From Methanobacteriaceae archaeon (GTDB lineage Archaea > Methanobacteriota > Methanobacteria > Methanobacteriales > Methanobacteriaceae), in NCBI GenBank assembly GCA_027318585.1, contig DAHVOW010000001.1, positions 83,503 to 107,502 on the forward strand: 24,000 nt of DNA, in the 5' to 3' direction. The notes under the pieces are model-generated. The model was not told where the DNA came from. It saw only the letters and a program-made list of their open reading frames with translations, and did no database searches. Made by a program: the position numbers and the translations under genes. This document shows, one piece after another, positions 8,044-18,736 of the stretch (the first letter of the stretch is position 1; each line of letters starts with the position of its first letter).

Positions 8044-9165
8044 TTAAAGCTTGGGCTCCAGCCTCTTGATCATGAAGGCCATGAAGGCTACAATGGCCGG
8101 GAAGAAGAAGAGGTAAGCAATAAGTAACAAGATGGGTGGAATCATTGGACCCATAACTGTAGAAGCCGCGATTAACATTACCATTAGGATAACCGGTCCC
8201 AGAATAGCTATGAACATGTAGATCATGGTGAAGGAGTTGAGCTTCTGGGCATAATCTTTGAGTTTCATCCTCATTTCATAGGCAGTGTCCTCGGCAATTA
8301 CCCCCAGGGTTTTGGCCAGATCCCCCCCACTAGTTAAAGTTCTGGTTATCTGATAAACCGCTCTTTTTAGACCTTCAGAATCTATTCTTTCACTCATATC
8401 CATTAGTGCCTGTTCGGTGGTTTGTCCATACCTTATCTCCTCTAAGGCCCGGGCAAATTCCTCAGAAAGAGGACCGTAACCAGAAGTAGCCACTGATCGC
8501 ATGCTGTCATGCAGTCCCATTCCGGCACGAAGTTCCGTGGCCATCTGCCTAAGAGCAAAGGGTATCTCCCTGGAAGCAGCTGTGGATCTACCCCCGGACT
8601 TCATTTTAGGGAGATAGATCAGGAAAATAGTCAATAAAATAATCAGAATACCAAAGATAAGCCCTATTTCGATACCGATACCTAAAATCAACAAGACGAC
8701 AAATATTATACCAAAGGAAAGCAGGCCCAATCCCAGAATTAATTTTGGATCCACACCTTTCTTTTCTTCTTCTCGAAGAATTTCTTCCAATGATGCTTTG
8801 CGGATGGCAGTTTTTTGAGATTCCTCCGTAGATGTGTCCGTTTCTCCCCGCTCATATTTCTTATCTATCAATTCCCGGAATATGGCAATTTCATCCTTAT
8901 CCATATTCATACGTTTAATAGTTTTTTTAGAAGTTTCAGATCGGGTAGTTGATGCTTTGAATTGGAGGCCTTCCTCTTTATCCTTTTTCTTGGATTTGAA
9001 AGGGGATTTTACAGCAGGTTTGCGTGGCTTGATTTTACCCACTCTCTTCACCGGGGTTTGAACTCCACTACTAACCTTCTGAGCCCCCTCACCGACTTTC
9101 TGGGATGAATCAACAGTGAAATTACCTATACGGTTAAAAAATTTTTTAAGGCCATCGAAAACCAT
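8044..9165 (-). CDS. Half-size type II secretion system F-domain platform protein (TadC/EpdJ/K-like) with a ~140-aa basic N-terminal extension
   Basis: 373 aa. The C-terminal two-thirds carry a T2SSF-like block '[24 protein letters not shown]...[15 protein letters not shown]...[22 protein letters not shown]' flanked by TM segments. A GGTG RBS is present. It lies 34 nt downstream of the ATPase gene. Confidence 0.85.
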   Translation of the reverse strand: MVFDGLKKFFNRIGNFTVDSSQKVGEGAQKVSSGVQTPVKRVGKIKPRKPAVKSPFKSKKKDKEEGLQFKASTTRSETSKKTIKRMNMDKDEIAIFRELIDKKYERGETDTSTEESQKTAIRKASLEEILREEEKKGVDPKLILGLGLLSFGIIFVVLLILGIGIEIGLIFGILIILLTIFLIYLPKMKSGGRSTAASREIPFALRQMATELRAGMGLHDSMRSVATSGYGPLSEEFARALEEIRYGQTTEQALMDMSERIDSEGLKRAVYQITRTLTSGGDLAKTLGVIAEDTAYEMRMKLKDYAQKLNSFTMIYMFIAILGPVILMVMLIAASTVMGPMIPPILLLIAYLFFFPAIVAFMAFMIKRLEPKL

Positions 9166-9199
9166 TATTTACACCTTTTCGTTAAATTTGTGAAAGATT

Positions 9200-10855
9200 C
9201 TATAGTATTCTGTCCATCATCTCATCGGGGTCCCGGTAATAACTGTTTATACACCGTCCTACTTCATGTATGGACCTTATATTGTTATCTGCCAGGTACT
9301 CCAGTACCAGTCTTCTCTTTTCTATTTCCTCTTCTATCTCGGTTATACCAATACCTCTTAGTTCGGCTATGTCCCTCAGAGTCTGACTGGCAATTCCCAC
9401 ATATTCAACTTTGTCGGTCACGTTATTCCATTCGAAAACCCGGTTTAGCTGGACGTTACCCTCTTCCATACCAACCACTTCGGCCACCTCGGTGACTCGA
9501 CGCATCGATCCCCCTTCTGTCCGATACATCCTGTTCTGCATGATTATAAAGTCCAGAGCAGGAATCATGATGTTAGGAACACTCATAGGAGGATTCACCA
9601 ATCGGGTAATGGTTTCTCGGGCAGTGTTTGAGTGAAGGGTACCCATACCGGAGTGACCGGTATTTAGAGCAGTGAACAGGGTTGTGGCTTCTCCACCCCT
9701 TACTTCTCCCACAATAACGCGATCTGGTCTTTGTCTTAGGGAGTTCTTAACCAGAGTGTCCATATTGAGTTCACCCTGACCTTCAATATTGGGCGGTCTG
9801 GTTTCCATACGCAGAACGTGAGTGTGAGGCAGTTGAAGCTCCAAAGTATCTTCAATGGTTATTATTCTCTCCCTTGGAGGAACGAAAGCAGCGACAGTGT
9901 TGAGGGTGGTAGTCTTACCAGAACCGGTACCACCAGCGATGATGGCGTTACAGGGTTTCACTCCCATACCATCAGTACACACCCAGAGAAAACCGGCCAG
10001 GTGTGATGAAAGAGTTTTGAAGTTTATTAAATCCACCACGGTCAGAGGATCTTTACGGAACTTACGAATAGTTAAAGTGGAACCATCAGCAGATACAGGC
10101 GGAATTGTTGCATTTACCCTTGAACCATCCTTCAAACGAGCATCAAGAATGGGCATTTGCTGGTCAATTCTCCTACCCACCTGTCGTGCAATAACATCTA
10201 TAATGGCCCTGATATCGTCATCGGTTTCAAATACAACGTTGGTGGCCATCATTCCGATCTTTCGATGGTAGACAAATACGGTTCTGTCGGTACCAATGAC
10301 CATGACCTCTTCCAGATCATCATCTTTGATCATGGGATCCAGTTTACCGTAACCCAGCATCTCCTGGGATATTTGGGTTGCCAGTCGATCCACATCCCGG
10401 ATACCCTTGCTGCGCAGAAATTGTTTAACCTCACCAGTGAAGGAGTCTTCATCTACCTGGAACTCTTCACCCTGAGCCACAGCAACTTCCACTAGCTTTT
10501 CTCGGATCTCGTTGAAAAGATTTAATTCATTTTTTGACAACCGAGGCAGGGCCACATTATATTTGGGAATGAGACCTTCCTCAATTATTTCTGCTTTAAA
10601 AGCTTCGGAAGCTTGTCTTGCTTTTTTGGGACGCCTCGAACCCCTTCTTGAATGTTCCTTAATTAAGCTGTCCAGATTGAATTTATCATCATCACTGGCA
10701 AAAAAACCTTCTTCAGCTTTCCCCTCTGTTTCAGACTCATCTTCAGATCTTTCTAAGACTTCTTCACTCTTCTTTGAGGTTTCTGTTTCATCTGCATCCT
10801 CGTCTGCAAATTCACCTAGAAGATCCCTAAGAATCTCTTTACGCTTGTCCCTCAT
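9200..10855 (-). CDS. Type II/IV secretion-family (T2SSE; TadA/FlaI/EpdL-like) archaeal pilus assembly ATPase
   Basis: 551 aa. Walker A '[13 protein letters not shown]', '[11 protein letters not shown]', Walker B/Asp box '[11 protein letters not shown]', His box '[14 protein letters not shown]'. The first ~95 aa are a charged extension. Confidence 0.9.
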   Translation of the reverse strand: MRDKRKEILRDLLGEFADEDADETETSKKSEEVLERSEDESETEGKAEEGFFASDDDKFNLDSLIKEHSRRGSRRPKKARQASEAFKAEIIEEGLIPKYNVALPRLSKNELNLFNEIREKLVEVAVAQGEEFQVDEDSFTGEVKQFLRSKGIRDVDRLATQISQEMLGYGKLDPMIKDDDLEEVMVIGTDRTVFVYHRKIGMMATNVVFETDDDIRAIIDVIARQVGRRIDQQMPILDARLKDGSRVNATIPPVSADGSTLTIRKFRKDPLTVVDLINFKTLSSHLAGFLWVCTDGMGVKPCNAIIAGGTGSGKTTTLNTVAAFVPPRERIITIEDTLELQLPHTHVLRMETRPPNIEGQGELNMDTLVKNSLRQRPDRVIVGEVRGGEATTLFTALNTGHSGMGTLHSNTARETITRLVNPPMSVPNIMIPALDFIIMQNRMYRTEGGSMRRVTEVAEVVGMEEGNVQLNRVFEWNNVTDKVEYVGIASQTLRDIAELRGIGITEIEEEIEKRRLVLEYLADNNIRSIHEVGRCINSYYRDPDEMMDRIL

Positions 10856-11228
10856 AAAACTCGATTATTTATATAACGTATCAGATATTTAAGCTTAAGC
10901 CTAATTTTAGTCCACAATAACCCACAACCCCAGGGACTAGAGGATTAGTATGTAACTGGCCTTTACATAATATTTTTTCAAGTGATAAAAAAATTGATCC
11001 CAACATCCAGTTAGGCAGGGATGAGACTATTTTAAACAGCTTTTATAGATTAAAAAAAGATTTTCAGATATATATTATGATTTTTAATTCTTTATAGGCC
11101 TAATATCATATTCAAACTGGTTAAAACCCATTATTTTTCTTCAATTCAATCTAGTTTATTATAAATTACCTATTCTAATGAGGTTTACTGTTTTTTTTCC
11201 GACAGAAAAATTGAACAAAGAATAATAT

Positions 11229-12242
11229 ATGTGTAAAATGAGTGCCTTATTTATGGACATGGATATCAGTTGCACTTGTGGTAAGGACTGCATAGAAAGT
11301 AGTGCAAAGGTAATGAAAAGTCTAAATATTCATTATCTGCCCTGCAAAAACTGTGATACAGATGATCTGGAAAAGTTCCGGCCTTTAAATGAACAAGTGG
11401 AGTTAAATGATATTAATGACCGCTGGAAATCATGCCCATGTGGACGTCGCCATTTGGATCATGTGATGGCCCACATATTAATGATTATGATGGAAGAAAA
11501 ACTAAGGGATGGTAATTCCACTTTACGTCAGGTGGGAACACCCCTCTTAACCATCGGATGCCCTTTAAAAGGCCCTCCTTATCTATTAAAAGACTCCATG
11601 GTCTTATTAACAGACCATATTAATAAAAAATGTTCTCTGAGAGTATATGAAGAGGTGCCTGAGGTTAAAGGTGTTTTAAAGGGCGATATGAGAGTTACTG
11701 TGGGTGTTAAAGATTCTGAATCATTACCAAACACCTACCAGCTTATGGCCGGGTGTGATTTGAGGTGTGACATCTTAGAAACCCCTTCCGGCCAGATTTA
11801 TATCTATAAAAATCAGGGCCAGATCCACCTGGAGTTTCCCAAACCATTAAACCCTAAAATAACCGCTCTTTATAAAACATTTAATAAATACCAAAATCCA
11901 AGCATTCTGGACTGCACATGTGGACCGGGGACTCTGGGAATTTTCGCTCTTAAAGCCGGTGCCAGAAAAGTGGTCTTCAATGACATCTGGTATCCCGCTG
12001 CCGAGATGACTGCCATTAATCTGGAAGTTAATGGATTCCCTGTGAATTTTTTAAAGCAAGAACCGGGACTAATAGCAGAAGGAGAGAATTTTCAGGTTTA
12101 CTGTGCTGATATCCGTGATTTAAAATCTTTTTTAGATGAGAAGTTTGATATCGGAGTGATAGATCCGTTTCCAGGTGTTGATTTTACAGAATTAAGCCAT
12201 TCGGTGCGAGAAATGTGTCATGAAGTGATCATAATCCAGTAG
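11229..12242 (+). CDS. Uncharacterised protein: Cys-rich N-terminal region fused to a Trm1-like SAM-dependent methyltransferase domain
   Basis: 337 aa. N-terminal cysteines 'CTCGKDC', 'CKNC', 'CPCGRRH'. C-terminal 'ILDCTCGPGTLGIFALKAGARKVVFNDI' (SAM motif I) and 'DIGVIDPFPG', which resembles the Trm1 'DIDPFGS' motif. No clear SD; ATG 11238 is an alternative start. Confidence 0.6.
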   Translation: MCKMSALFMDMDISCTCGKDCIESSAKVMKSLNIHYLPCKNCDTDDLEKFRPLNEQVELNDINDRWKSCPCGRRHLDHVMAHILMIMMEEKLRDGNSTLRQVGTPLLTIGCPLKGPPYLLKDSMVLLTDHINKKCSLRVYEEVPEVKGVLKGDMRVTVGVKDSESLPNTYQLMAGCDLRCDILETPSGQIYIYKNQGQIHLEFPKPLNPKITALYKTFNKYQNPSILDCTCGPGTLGIFALKAGARKVVFNDIWYPAAEMTAINLEVNGFPVNFLKQEPGLIAEGENFQVYCADIRDLKSFLDEKFDIGVIDPFPGVDFTELSHSVREMCHEVIIIQ

Positions 12243-12247
12243 AATTA

Positions 12248-13492
12248 TCATAATCCCGCGTAAACTACAATAGCTGGCACTATAAGCACCCCCATCAAGT
12301 GCGACTTGTTAAGACCAAGATAATGGGGAATTAAACCCAGAGATATGGATGTCAGATAAGTCAACACCACCATCAGAATATTAGCTTGCTCTATAAATGA
12401 AAACAATCCCACTAAGAAAGTCATGAAGATGATCACATACCAGGTTAATCTTTGATAATCCAATTTTTCCAGAGTCTTACCTGCAGCATCTCCCAGCTTA
12501 AGGCACAGAAGCAGGGCCACTGATACTGCAGTTATGGATGTGAATATAAACACCAAGAGTTGAGGAAAATTGACCCCGTTTAGAAGGTGATTAACGTAAA
12601 CCGCAATACCACTCCGGGGATTTCCTATCAAAAAAATGGCCATTAATGAGAATAAAGCATCAGAAACGTTAACCCCACTCATGGCCACCAAGAATCCTTC
12701 CTTTTGATTTTCGGTATCACTGCCCCCGCTGAGTTCCTGGGCGATCATGCTGCCCTGGGCCGGCCCTAGGCCCGGGAGGAAACCGAGTATGCTGCCGGCA
12801 ATTCCCCCGGCAAATATTCCTCGAATCACGTCGGTGTTTATCCTCAGTCGGTGATATTGATCCTGTTGGGGCAGAAAAGAGTTTTGAGATAGGCTGTAAA
12901 GCATGGTGCTCACTCCAAAAAGGCCGGTGAACATGCATAAAAAGGAAACGCTGGTAGGTAGGGGTGAGTTTAGGAGAGTCCAGCCCATGATCCCGGAGAG
13001 GATGAATATCAATGAAGACCAGACCATGGCCATTTTATCCCTGCTGAGGCGAACAATCATAACCATAACCACTATAATGAGCAATATCCATATGTATGGC
13101 TTCAAAATCCCGTAGAGTGGTGGTAAGACCATCATGAACACTGGTAACAGGAGTATAACTACCATAACCGATCCGAATCCGCCCAGAGCAACTAAACGGA
13201 TGGCTTCTTTTCCCCTACCCTGAAGCAGCATTTGATGCCCGGGCAGAACTGATAATACTGTTCCTTCTTCAGGAACACCCAAAAACATGGAGGGAATGAA
13301 TTCCAGAAGTGCGTGACTGATGGACATCGATATCAGGAAGACACAAATTGATTCAGGCGAGTAAGAATTTAATAAATAAGCGGAAGAGGCAAAAACAAAA
13401 GCTCCCACGGTGTTAACATGGATTCCGGGAATCAGACCGGTTACCGCACCACAGGATATACCGATAAAGCAGGCCAGGAGGAGGTCCATCAT
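12248..13492 (-). CDS. TctA-family (DUF112) integral membrane permease
   Basis: The track ORF is 12248..13504 (TTG start). The tandem ATG ATG at 13492 follows GGTGGGG. The N-terminal '[18 protein letters not shown]' and the internal repeat '[16 protein letters not shown]' are typical TctA motifs. About 10-12 TM segments. Confidence 0.75.
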   Translation of the reverse strand: MMDLLLACFIGISCGAVTGLIPGIHVNTVGAFVFASSAYLLNSYSPESICVFLISMSISHALLEFIPSMFLGVPEEGTVLSVLPGHQMLLQGRGKEAIRLVALGGFGSVMVVILLLPVFMMVLPPLYGILKPYIWILLIIVVMVMIVRLSRDKMAMVWSSLIFILSGIMGWTLLNSPLPTSVSFLCMFTGLFGVSTMLYSLSQNSFLPQQDQYHRLRINTDVIRGIFAGGIAGSILGFLPGLGPAQGSMIAQELSGGSDTENQKEGFLVAMSGVNVSDALFSLMAIFLIGNPRSGIAVYVNHLLNGVNFPQLLVFIFTSITAVSVALLLCLKLGDAAGKTLEKLDYQRLTWYVIIFMTFLVGLFSFIEQANILMVVLTYLTSISLGLIPHYLGLNKSHLMGVLIVPAIVVYAGL

Positions 13493-13682
13493 GTTCCCCA
13501 CCAACCATCAGAAATTGGTACCATGTGGAGATATTGAACATCAATATTAATAATTTTATCTAAATTATTATTATCTTATTGGAAACCTCTTGGATGTAAA
13601 AAATGATCATCTAAGGTAAAAAAATAATATGATGAGAATAGAATACACTACACTATCAAAATATTGTTTTATACAAATAAAT

Positions 13683-13720
13683 AAAAAAAATAGAGTAAAA
13701 TACCGGCTTACATGAGCCGG
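13683..13720 (-). terminator. Hairpin plus T8 tract at the end of the aEF-1beta transcription unit
   Basis: CCGGCT (13703-13708), loop TACATG, AGCCGG (13715-13720), overlapping the stop codon. On the minus strand it is followed by TATTTTACTCTA-TTTTTTTT (the A-run at 13683-13690). Confidence 0.5.
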
Positions 13721-13977
13721 CGAACATCTATTACTTCTACGCTGTTGACACCATCAATCTGGGCCAGGTTTTCTTCCACTGGTTCGGTTCCACCCTCGGC
13801 ATCTCCCACCACAACCATCACGTTAAGGGCCACCAGGCCAAAGGCAATGGGTTCTTCAACAATCTTATGAAATTCCGCTCCGGATGGCATGGAACTTTCC
13901 ACATCAGCTTTGATTTTTTCCAAGTCCACATCCGGGCTTTCAGGCATGAGTTTTATAGTTGCTACTACGTCTCCCAT
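13708..13977 (-). CDS. ef1b: Archaeal translation elongation factor 1-beta (aEF-1beta)
   Basis: 89 aa, 'MGDVVATIKLMPESPDVDLEKIK...EEPIAFGLVALNVMVVVGDAEGGTE...VNSVEVIDVRRL', the typical aEF-1beta sequence and length. AAGGAGGAAAT RBS. Confidence 0.92.
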   Translation of the reverse strand: MGDVVATIKLMPESPDVDLEKIKADVESSMPSGAEFHKIVEEPIAFGLVALNVMVVVGDAEGGTEPVEENLAQIDGVNSVEVIDVRRLM

Positions 13978-14030
13978 AGTATTTCCTCCTTAAATTTTAA
14001 TAATTTCCTTGGTAATGATCTCTAATTAAC

Positions 14031-14192
<162 letters not shown>

Positions 14193-14837
14193 TTAATCTC
14201 CTCCAATAAACGTGCATATGGAGCTCTTACCATCCATTATGGATAGAGCCCTTTCGGGATACTTTCCATTAACAACATAACATGCGGATGGGTATTGTAA
14301 TAAAAGCTCCGCAAAACTATCATCTACAGATGTTTCACCAAAATCTAGCAGTTTTCTAGTATTAATATTTTTTAATAATTGGGCTCCATCCTGTGACGGA
14401 TCCCGGGTGTATATACCATCTACATCAGTGGCTATTAATAGTTTCGCCTCCAGTAAGTGGGCGAAGTAGAGTGAGATGGAATCGGAGGTAACTCTCCAGG
14501 AGTGTTCCAGGGGGTCCAGAGAATCCATAAGTTTTGATGGTAGCAATATCGGAGTTAGACCCGACTTTATGGCATTTTCAGCATCTTCCAGAGAATATAC
14601 AGCTATTCCGTTCTTAATTTTGTCAGATAGAAGTATTCCCAGAATGTCCATGCACATTATGGCAGCATGGTGGTTAGCAGAATTGGAAAAGTCAATTTGG
14701 TAATCAAATTTCCTTAAAAGGTTAGCAAAGTCCCCTCCACCACAAATTACTACTACATCTAGGCCTTTAAGATTCTCGGCTAATTTTATGGCTTGATGGG
14801 GAAACAAACTACCACCGATCTTAACTACCCAATCCAT
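14193..14837 (-). CDS. Amino-acid-kinase-fold small kinase, possibly the MfnE/MJ0458-type kinase of methanogens
   Basis: 214 aa. 'VVKIGGSL', 'VVVICGGG' and '[31 protein letters not shown]' are aspartate/glutamate/uridylate-kinase family motifs. Assignment to MfnE is from memory of that family's size and fold and is not verified. Confidence 0.65.
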   Translation of the reverse strand: MDWVVKIGGSLFPHQAIKLAENLKGLDVVVICGGGDFANLLRKFDYQIDFSNSANHHAAIMCMDILGILLSDKIKNGIAVYSLEDAENAIKSGLTPILLPSKLMDSLDPLEHSWRVTSDSISLYFAHLLEAKLLIATDVDGIYTRDPSQDGAQLLKNINTRKLLDFGETSVDDSFAELLLQYPSACYVVNGKYPERALSIMDGKSSICTFIGGD

Positions 14838-14861
14838 TTAAAACCCCCCCCACACATAATA

Positions 14862-15203
14862 TTACTTGAGAAGTTTAAGATCCTGGGTGATTTTGTCGAT
14901 TTTTTCATCTTCATCAGGCCCTATTCCCAGACAGGTCACTGTGGAGGGCGGAAGTTCAGTATGGCCCGCATCCCTTACTAAGTAATGGGGAATTCCTGCT
15001 GCTTTGACCAGTTCAAAAATATGGTAAAGTTCTTCTGCGTCTTTAACCTTTAAAACAACCTTTTTTTCGGCTTCTCTTTCCCACTTGGTTATTTTTAATT
15101 TGCCAGCCTTCTTATAAGCACCAATACTACCGTGACAGGCCTGGGCAGCTATTTTACCCCTGCTCATAGGTAAATCTCCCCTGATGACTATAACTTGTTT
15201 CAT
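14862..15203 (-). CDS. pth2: Archaeal-type peptidyl-tRNA hydrolase Pth2
   Basis: The track ORF extends to TTG 15212; ATG 15203 gives '[26 protein letters not shown]...[19 protein letters not shown]', the typical Pth2 sequence at about 113 aa. Confidence 0.9.
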   Translation of the reverse strand: MKQVIVIRGDLPMSRGKIAAQACHGSIGAYKKAGKLKITKWEREAEKKVVLKVKDAEELYHIFELVKAAGIPHYLVRDAGHTELPPSTVTCLGIGPDEDEKIDKITQDLKLLK

Positions 15204-15279
15204 ATTTATCAATAATTAGATGATTTTAATGCCATAAAAATAGTGTTCATAGAAAATAAAGAAAAAATAAAAATTGGGG

Positions 15280-15810
15280 TTATTTTATCTGGAAACTGTT
15301 GATTATGAGGTCGAAGTTAGATTGCTGGGAGTTGTAGTCGGATACGGTAGTACTGCACACTATGCTGTAGGCAACATTATCTTTGACCATAAGGACCATG
15401 CGTTCTTTTTTAGCTTCTCCAGAAACCGTTATAGTGTAGACTATTTCTGTAGCTGGGACTCCACTAACGGTTAAATTTCTTTCAGAGACTATTTGTACCC
15501 CTTGATCGATAAGGGAAGTTTTAGTTTCACTGGTCACTGTATCAATGGTTAAATTGGCAGGAGTTTTTTGAACCGCCACCAGAGTTTTGTAAACATTGTT
15601 CTGTATACTATCAGGATCAGCTACCGATGCAATAACCGGTGCAGCATCAGTGGTACCAATTGAAACCTGATTAGTGGACAAATTATCCCAACCGGAAGGA
15701 TAATTAAAGGTTACACCATTAGCATTAAACACCTCATTTCCAGATGTGCATCCAGAAGCCAAAGTGGTTGCTACCAAAACCAGAAATAACAGGACAATAC
15801 TTCTCTTCAT
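15280..15810 (-). CDS. Secreted or lipoprotein-like protein of unknown function (PsbP/DUF1795-like fold is a guess)
   Basis: 176 aa. Signal peptide 'MKRSIVLLFLVLVATTLASGC' has a lipobox-like Cys. A Thr/Ser/Val-rich beta-type sequence includes 'FNYPSGWDN'. Strong GAGGTG RBS. Confidence 0.6.
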   Translation of the reverse strand: MKRSIVLLFLVLVATTLASGCTSGNEVFNANGVTFNYPSGWDNLSTNQVSIGTTDAAPVIASVADPDSIQNNVYKTLVAVQKTPANLTIDTVTSETKTSLIDQGVQIVSERNLTVSGVPATEIVYTITVSGEAKKERMVLMVKDNVAYSIVCSTTVSDYNSQQSNFDLIINSFQIK

Positions 15811-16139
15811 ATTACACCTCGTTTATTTGATAGGAAATATATGGGCGTGTGATTTTATTATAGTTTACCTTTATTAAGGATGGATCCAATCTTCTTCACC
15901 AGATAATATCTCATAACCTTCGCTTAACATATAGGCAGACATAAGGAGCCCAATAATTGATCCTCAGGATAGCATGAAAATTAGTAAAAAACCCCGTAAA
16001 AAGAACTGCTAATAGAAAGGACAATATTCTTTCAATCCCCCCTATTCCTGACCATATTGTTCGAAAGAAAGATTAATTGGTGTCTGAAAAGGAAAAAACT
16101 ACCCTATTAGTGTATTTAAATTCCATTCATAATCAAAAA

Positions 16140-17342
16140 TTAAAAGATATCCCTATTCATAACCCTTTTGCCCATTCTCTCCGGATCAACGGCGTAAACT
16201 TCTAATCCCGGTATCACAACCCTAACTACAGGAATATCAATTTCTGGACGGGTTAAGTCAACATAAAGAACTTCTTCGATGCCTGTTTTTTTAAGTTCTT
16301 CCATAGATATTTCCAGGTCATCCTTAAAGGAGGACGTGGATTTGTTATTCATCTGGGAGAGGTCAATTTTTTCATTATACTCTCCAAACCAATGTTTATT
16401 AATACGTTTCATGCGCTCGTAGCCCGCTTTTCGCATGAAAACTGCCCGAGTGGTGTCTTCCCTGGTTCCATGTATCTGGGTGGCACGACTCTGAGCCACT
16501 TCCGTTAAAGCCCTTATCGCTGCGATCTCCGGATCCAAGTGGGTTCCCACCCCCATGGTTAAAAGGGCCGGGTCCTTAAGTACCTTATCATCGGCCACCG
16601 CAGCAATGGTGGTTATTTCTATGTCCGCTGTTAGGTCCACCAACTTAACATCCACCCCGGATTCCATGAATTTAGACAAAAGGATATTAATAAGCTCATT
16701 TTGAGCTTCATCACATACAACTTCTGTTTTATGCTTCTTACGGGCTTCAAAGATGCTCCAGGCATCTCTTTCCACCAACTCCATCAGCCCATGAAAAACT
16801 GCCTCCTCCAGGACGTTACCTGAAGCCAAACCATTGGTGTTGGACTTGAAAAGATGAACCCCATCCCGGGGTTGATAAGGATGGTAAACTGAATTAGCAG
16901 GTATAAGCTGCTTATTGTCGGTTTTGGCATCCCGGGCGGTTACCCACTCAATTTTTTGAAATTGGGGATCAGATATCCTCTGAGGGATTATCAGAGAAGT
17001 GGGATCCAGACATTTCCCTGCTTCATAAACCTTTGAAATAACATTATCTTTATCTGATTTTTGGAACTCCGCAGAATACCTTTCAAAGGCCTCCATCATG
17101 GCCGAAGCTTTGGCCTGGATTTTGGTAGCCCCCTTACCAGCATATATGCTAACCGCACCCTCAGCTGCTCCCGGTCGGATGGCAGAGTACACCGGTATGC
17201 CCACACGGTCCAGGTGAGTTATCTCGGCGATTCGGGTTACTCCTGCAAATTTCAGCTTCTTCTCAACCCTGTTGATGGTTTCTTCCGGATTAACAGCCCG
17301 GTGGGTGCATCCAAAGTATTTGACTGGTATTTCTCTGAACAT
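16140..17342 (-). CDS. ycaO: YcaO-domain protein (methanogenesis marker protein 1; predicted McrA thioglycine-forming ATP-dependent enzyme)
   Basis: 400 aa. '[15 protein letters not shown]', '[27 protein letters not shown]' and '[25 protein letters not shown]' are hallmark YcaO blocks. GGTG RBS. Confidence 0.88.
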   Translation of the reverse strand: MFREIPVKYFGCTHRAVNPEETINRVEKKLKFAGVTRIAEITHLDRVGIPVYSAIRPGAAEGAVSIYAGKGATKIQAKASAMMEAFERYSAEFQKSDKDNVISKVYEAGKCLDPTSLIIPQRISDPQFQKIEWVTARDAKTDNKQLIPANSVYHPYQPRDGVHLFKSNTNGLASGNVLEEAVFHGLMELVERDAWSIFEARKKHKTEVVCDEAQNELINILLSKFMESGVDVKLVDLTADIEITTIAAVADDKVLKDPALLTMGVGTHLDPEIAAIRALTEVAQSRATQIHGTREDTTRAVFMRKAGYERMKRINKHWFGEYNEKIDLSQMNNKSTSSFKDDLEISMEELKKTGIEEVLYVDLTRPEIDIPVVRVVIPGLEVYAVDPERMGKRVMNRDIF

Positions 17343-17357
17343 TTGACACCATTTATA

Positions 17358-17960
17358 TTATAATATTCGAATTCCCATCGAAGACAGAACCATCAAAAAT
17401 GTGATAGACGCTGTTAGAGCCCATATAATTGGGTTCCACTTGAAAACCTTAGCCCCATCAAGAATACTAAAAGGGATAAGGTTGAATAAAGCTAAAAAAC
17501 TGTTAACAGTGAATCCCAATACACCAATTTCGCTGAAAATGCTGGAAGGTGGTGAAATGAATTCTAACCCTACAAACAGAAAGGCCAGGATTATGTTTGT
17601 TAAGGGCCCTGCTATGGAGATCTTACCGTTTTCTTCCCGGGTAATATGTTCTCCATGGATATATACTGCTCCGGGGGCTGCAAAGACAAATCCAAAAAGA
17701 GCTGTCACAATGGCCAGTATTAGTCCACCAGGCCAAACCTTGTATTCAGCAAAAAATCCATACTTGATAGCTACAAACTTGTGAGCAAGTTCGTGGAACA
17801 CAAAACCAAACCCCACCGCTATTAAGGTAATGGGAATAACGTTGAGGAAGGTGATAATGTCATATCCACGATATATGGTAAATATATACGCAAAAACACC
17901 GGCAATAACCAGCATAGAAATTATTATATCCCTAATTTCTCTGGAAGTAAATTTTACCAT
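17358..17960 (-). CDS. Site-2-protease-like (peptidase M50 family) membrane metalloprotease
   Basis: 200 aa and polytopic. HExxH motif 'FHELAHKF' and second S2P motif '[14 protein letters not shown]'. Its stop is 15 nt upstream of the ycaO start. Confidence 0.8.
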   Translation of the reverse strand: MVKFTSREIRDIIISMLVIAGVFAYIFTIYRGYDIITFLNVIPITLIAVGFGFVFHELAHKFVAIKYGFFAEYKVWPGGLILAIVTALFGFVFAAPGAVYIHGEHITREENGKISIAGPLTNIILAFLFVGLEFISPPSSIFSEIGVLGFTVNSFLALFNLIPFSILDGAKVFKWNPIIWALTASITFLMVLSSMGIRIL

Positions 17961-18202
17961 TATTATTAACCCACATTTTCTTACTTATAATAATTTTCGT
18001 CCTTAAAAAAATGCCTCTAAATTGATCTAAAAGAGAATCTTGAAAAATTTATCGGATAGGATAAGAATCTAAATAGATACTCAAATACCAAATATTTTTT
18101 AAAAATCTGATATCATATATTTTGTTGTATAGAAAATGAAGCTTAACTAATCAATGTTGAATATAGAGATTGAAATTTAAAAAACTAAGTATAAAACGGG
18201 AA

Positions 18203-18673
18203 ATGGGTCTTCAAATGAGCTTTTCTTGCGAATACTGTCAAATTGAAGGGGGATACGGGGATTTGATGTGGGAAACAGCCTATTGGCTTATTTTCTTAGC
18301 ACCGAGTCAGAGATATCTGGGTACCTGTGTAGTTGCACAAAAAAGAGGTTGTGGAGATCTTTCTGAAGTACGAGAGGAGGAATGGGTGGACTTCGGGTTA
18401 ATTGTGAAAAGACTGGAAGAAACCTTGAAAAGTGTGTTCAATCCTACACTTTTTAACTGGAGTTGTTTTAAAAACGCCACTTTTCGCAATCAGAATCCCA
18501 AACCAGAAGTACACTGGCATTTCATTCCTCGTTATAATGAAGAAGTTGTTTTTGGCGGATTAAAATTCAAAGACCCGGACTTCGGTTATATTCCTCAACC
18601 TATCCCTAGGAAAATACCACCAGAAGTTCAGAAAGATCTTAAAAAGAAGATTGAATCCTATTTAACCAAATAA
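18203..18673 (+). CDS. HIT (histidine triad)-like nucleotide hydrolase/transferase family protein
   Basis: The track ORF starts at TTG 18170; ATG 18203 or 18215 is more likely. 'EVHWHFIPRY' aligns with the HIT motif HxHxHxx, with the first His replaced by Glu. The N-terminal 'CEYC' is typical of the HIT Zn motif. Confidence 0.7.
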   Translation: MGLQMSFSCEYCQIEGGYGDLMWETAYWLIFLAPSQRYLGTCVVAQKRGCGDLSEVREEEWVDFGLIVKRLEETLKSVFNPTLFNWSCFKNATFRNQNPKPEVHWHFIPRYNEEVVFGGLKFKDPDFGYIPQPIPRKIPPEVQKDLKKKIESYLTK

Positions 18674-18736
18674 ACAACCCATAACTACTAGCTAAAATAA
18701 TTTAATAAAAATAAACAATATGGAAGGAAGTTTTCT

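Noticed and set aside
9190-10892. Plus-strand ORFs antisense to the pilus ATPase (9190-9495, 9411-9635, 9855-10271, 10157-10495 and 10512-10892).
   Set aside because: These are shadow ORFs. The 126-aa Ser/Leu-rich ORF at 10512-10892 is simply the mirror of the Glu/Asp/Lys-rich ATPase N-terminus.
13629-13635. ATGATGA (a C-box-like RUGAUGA) in the tctA/ef1b spacer, a possible C/D-box sRNA.
   Set aside because: No CUGA D or D' box and no terminal stem occur within about 70 nt on either strand.
15811-16139. The 329-bp gap downstream of ycaO, examined for a degraded tfuA, a small ORF or a structured RNA.
   Set aside because: All frames are broken by frequent stops; the longest peptides are about 10-17 aa without an RBS. 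I could find no convincing extended helices by eye.
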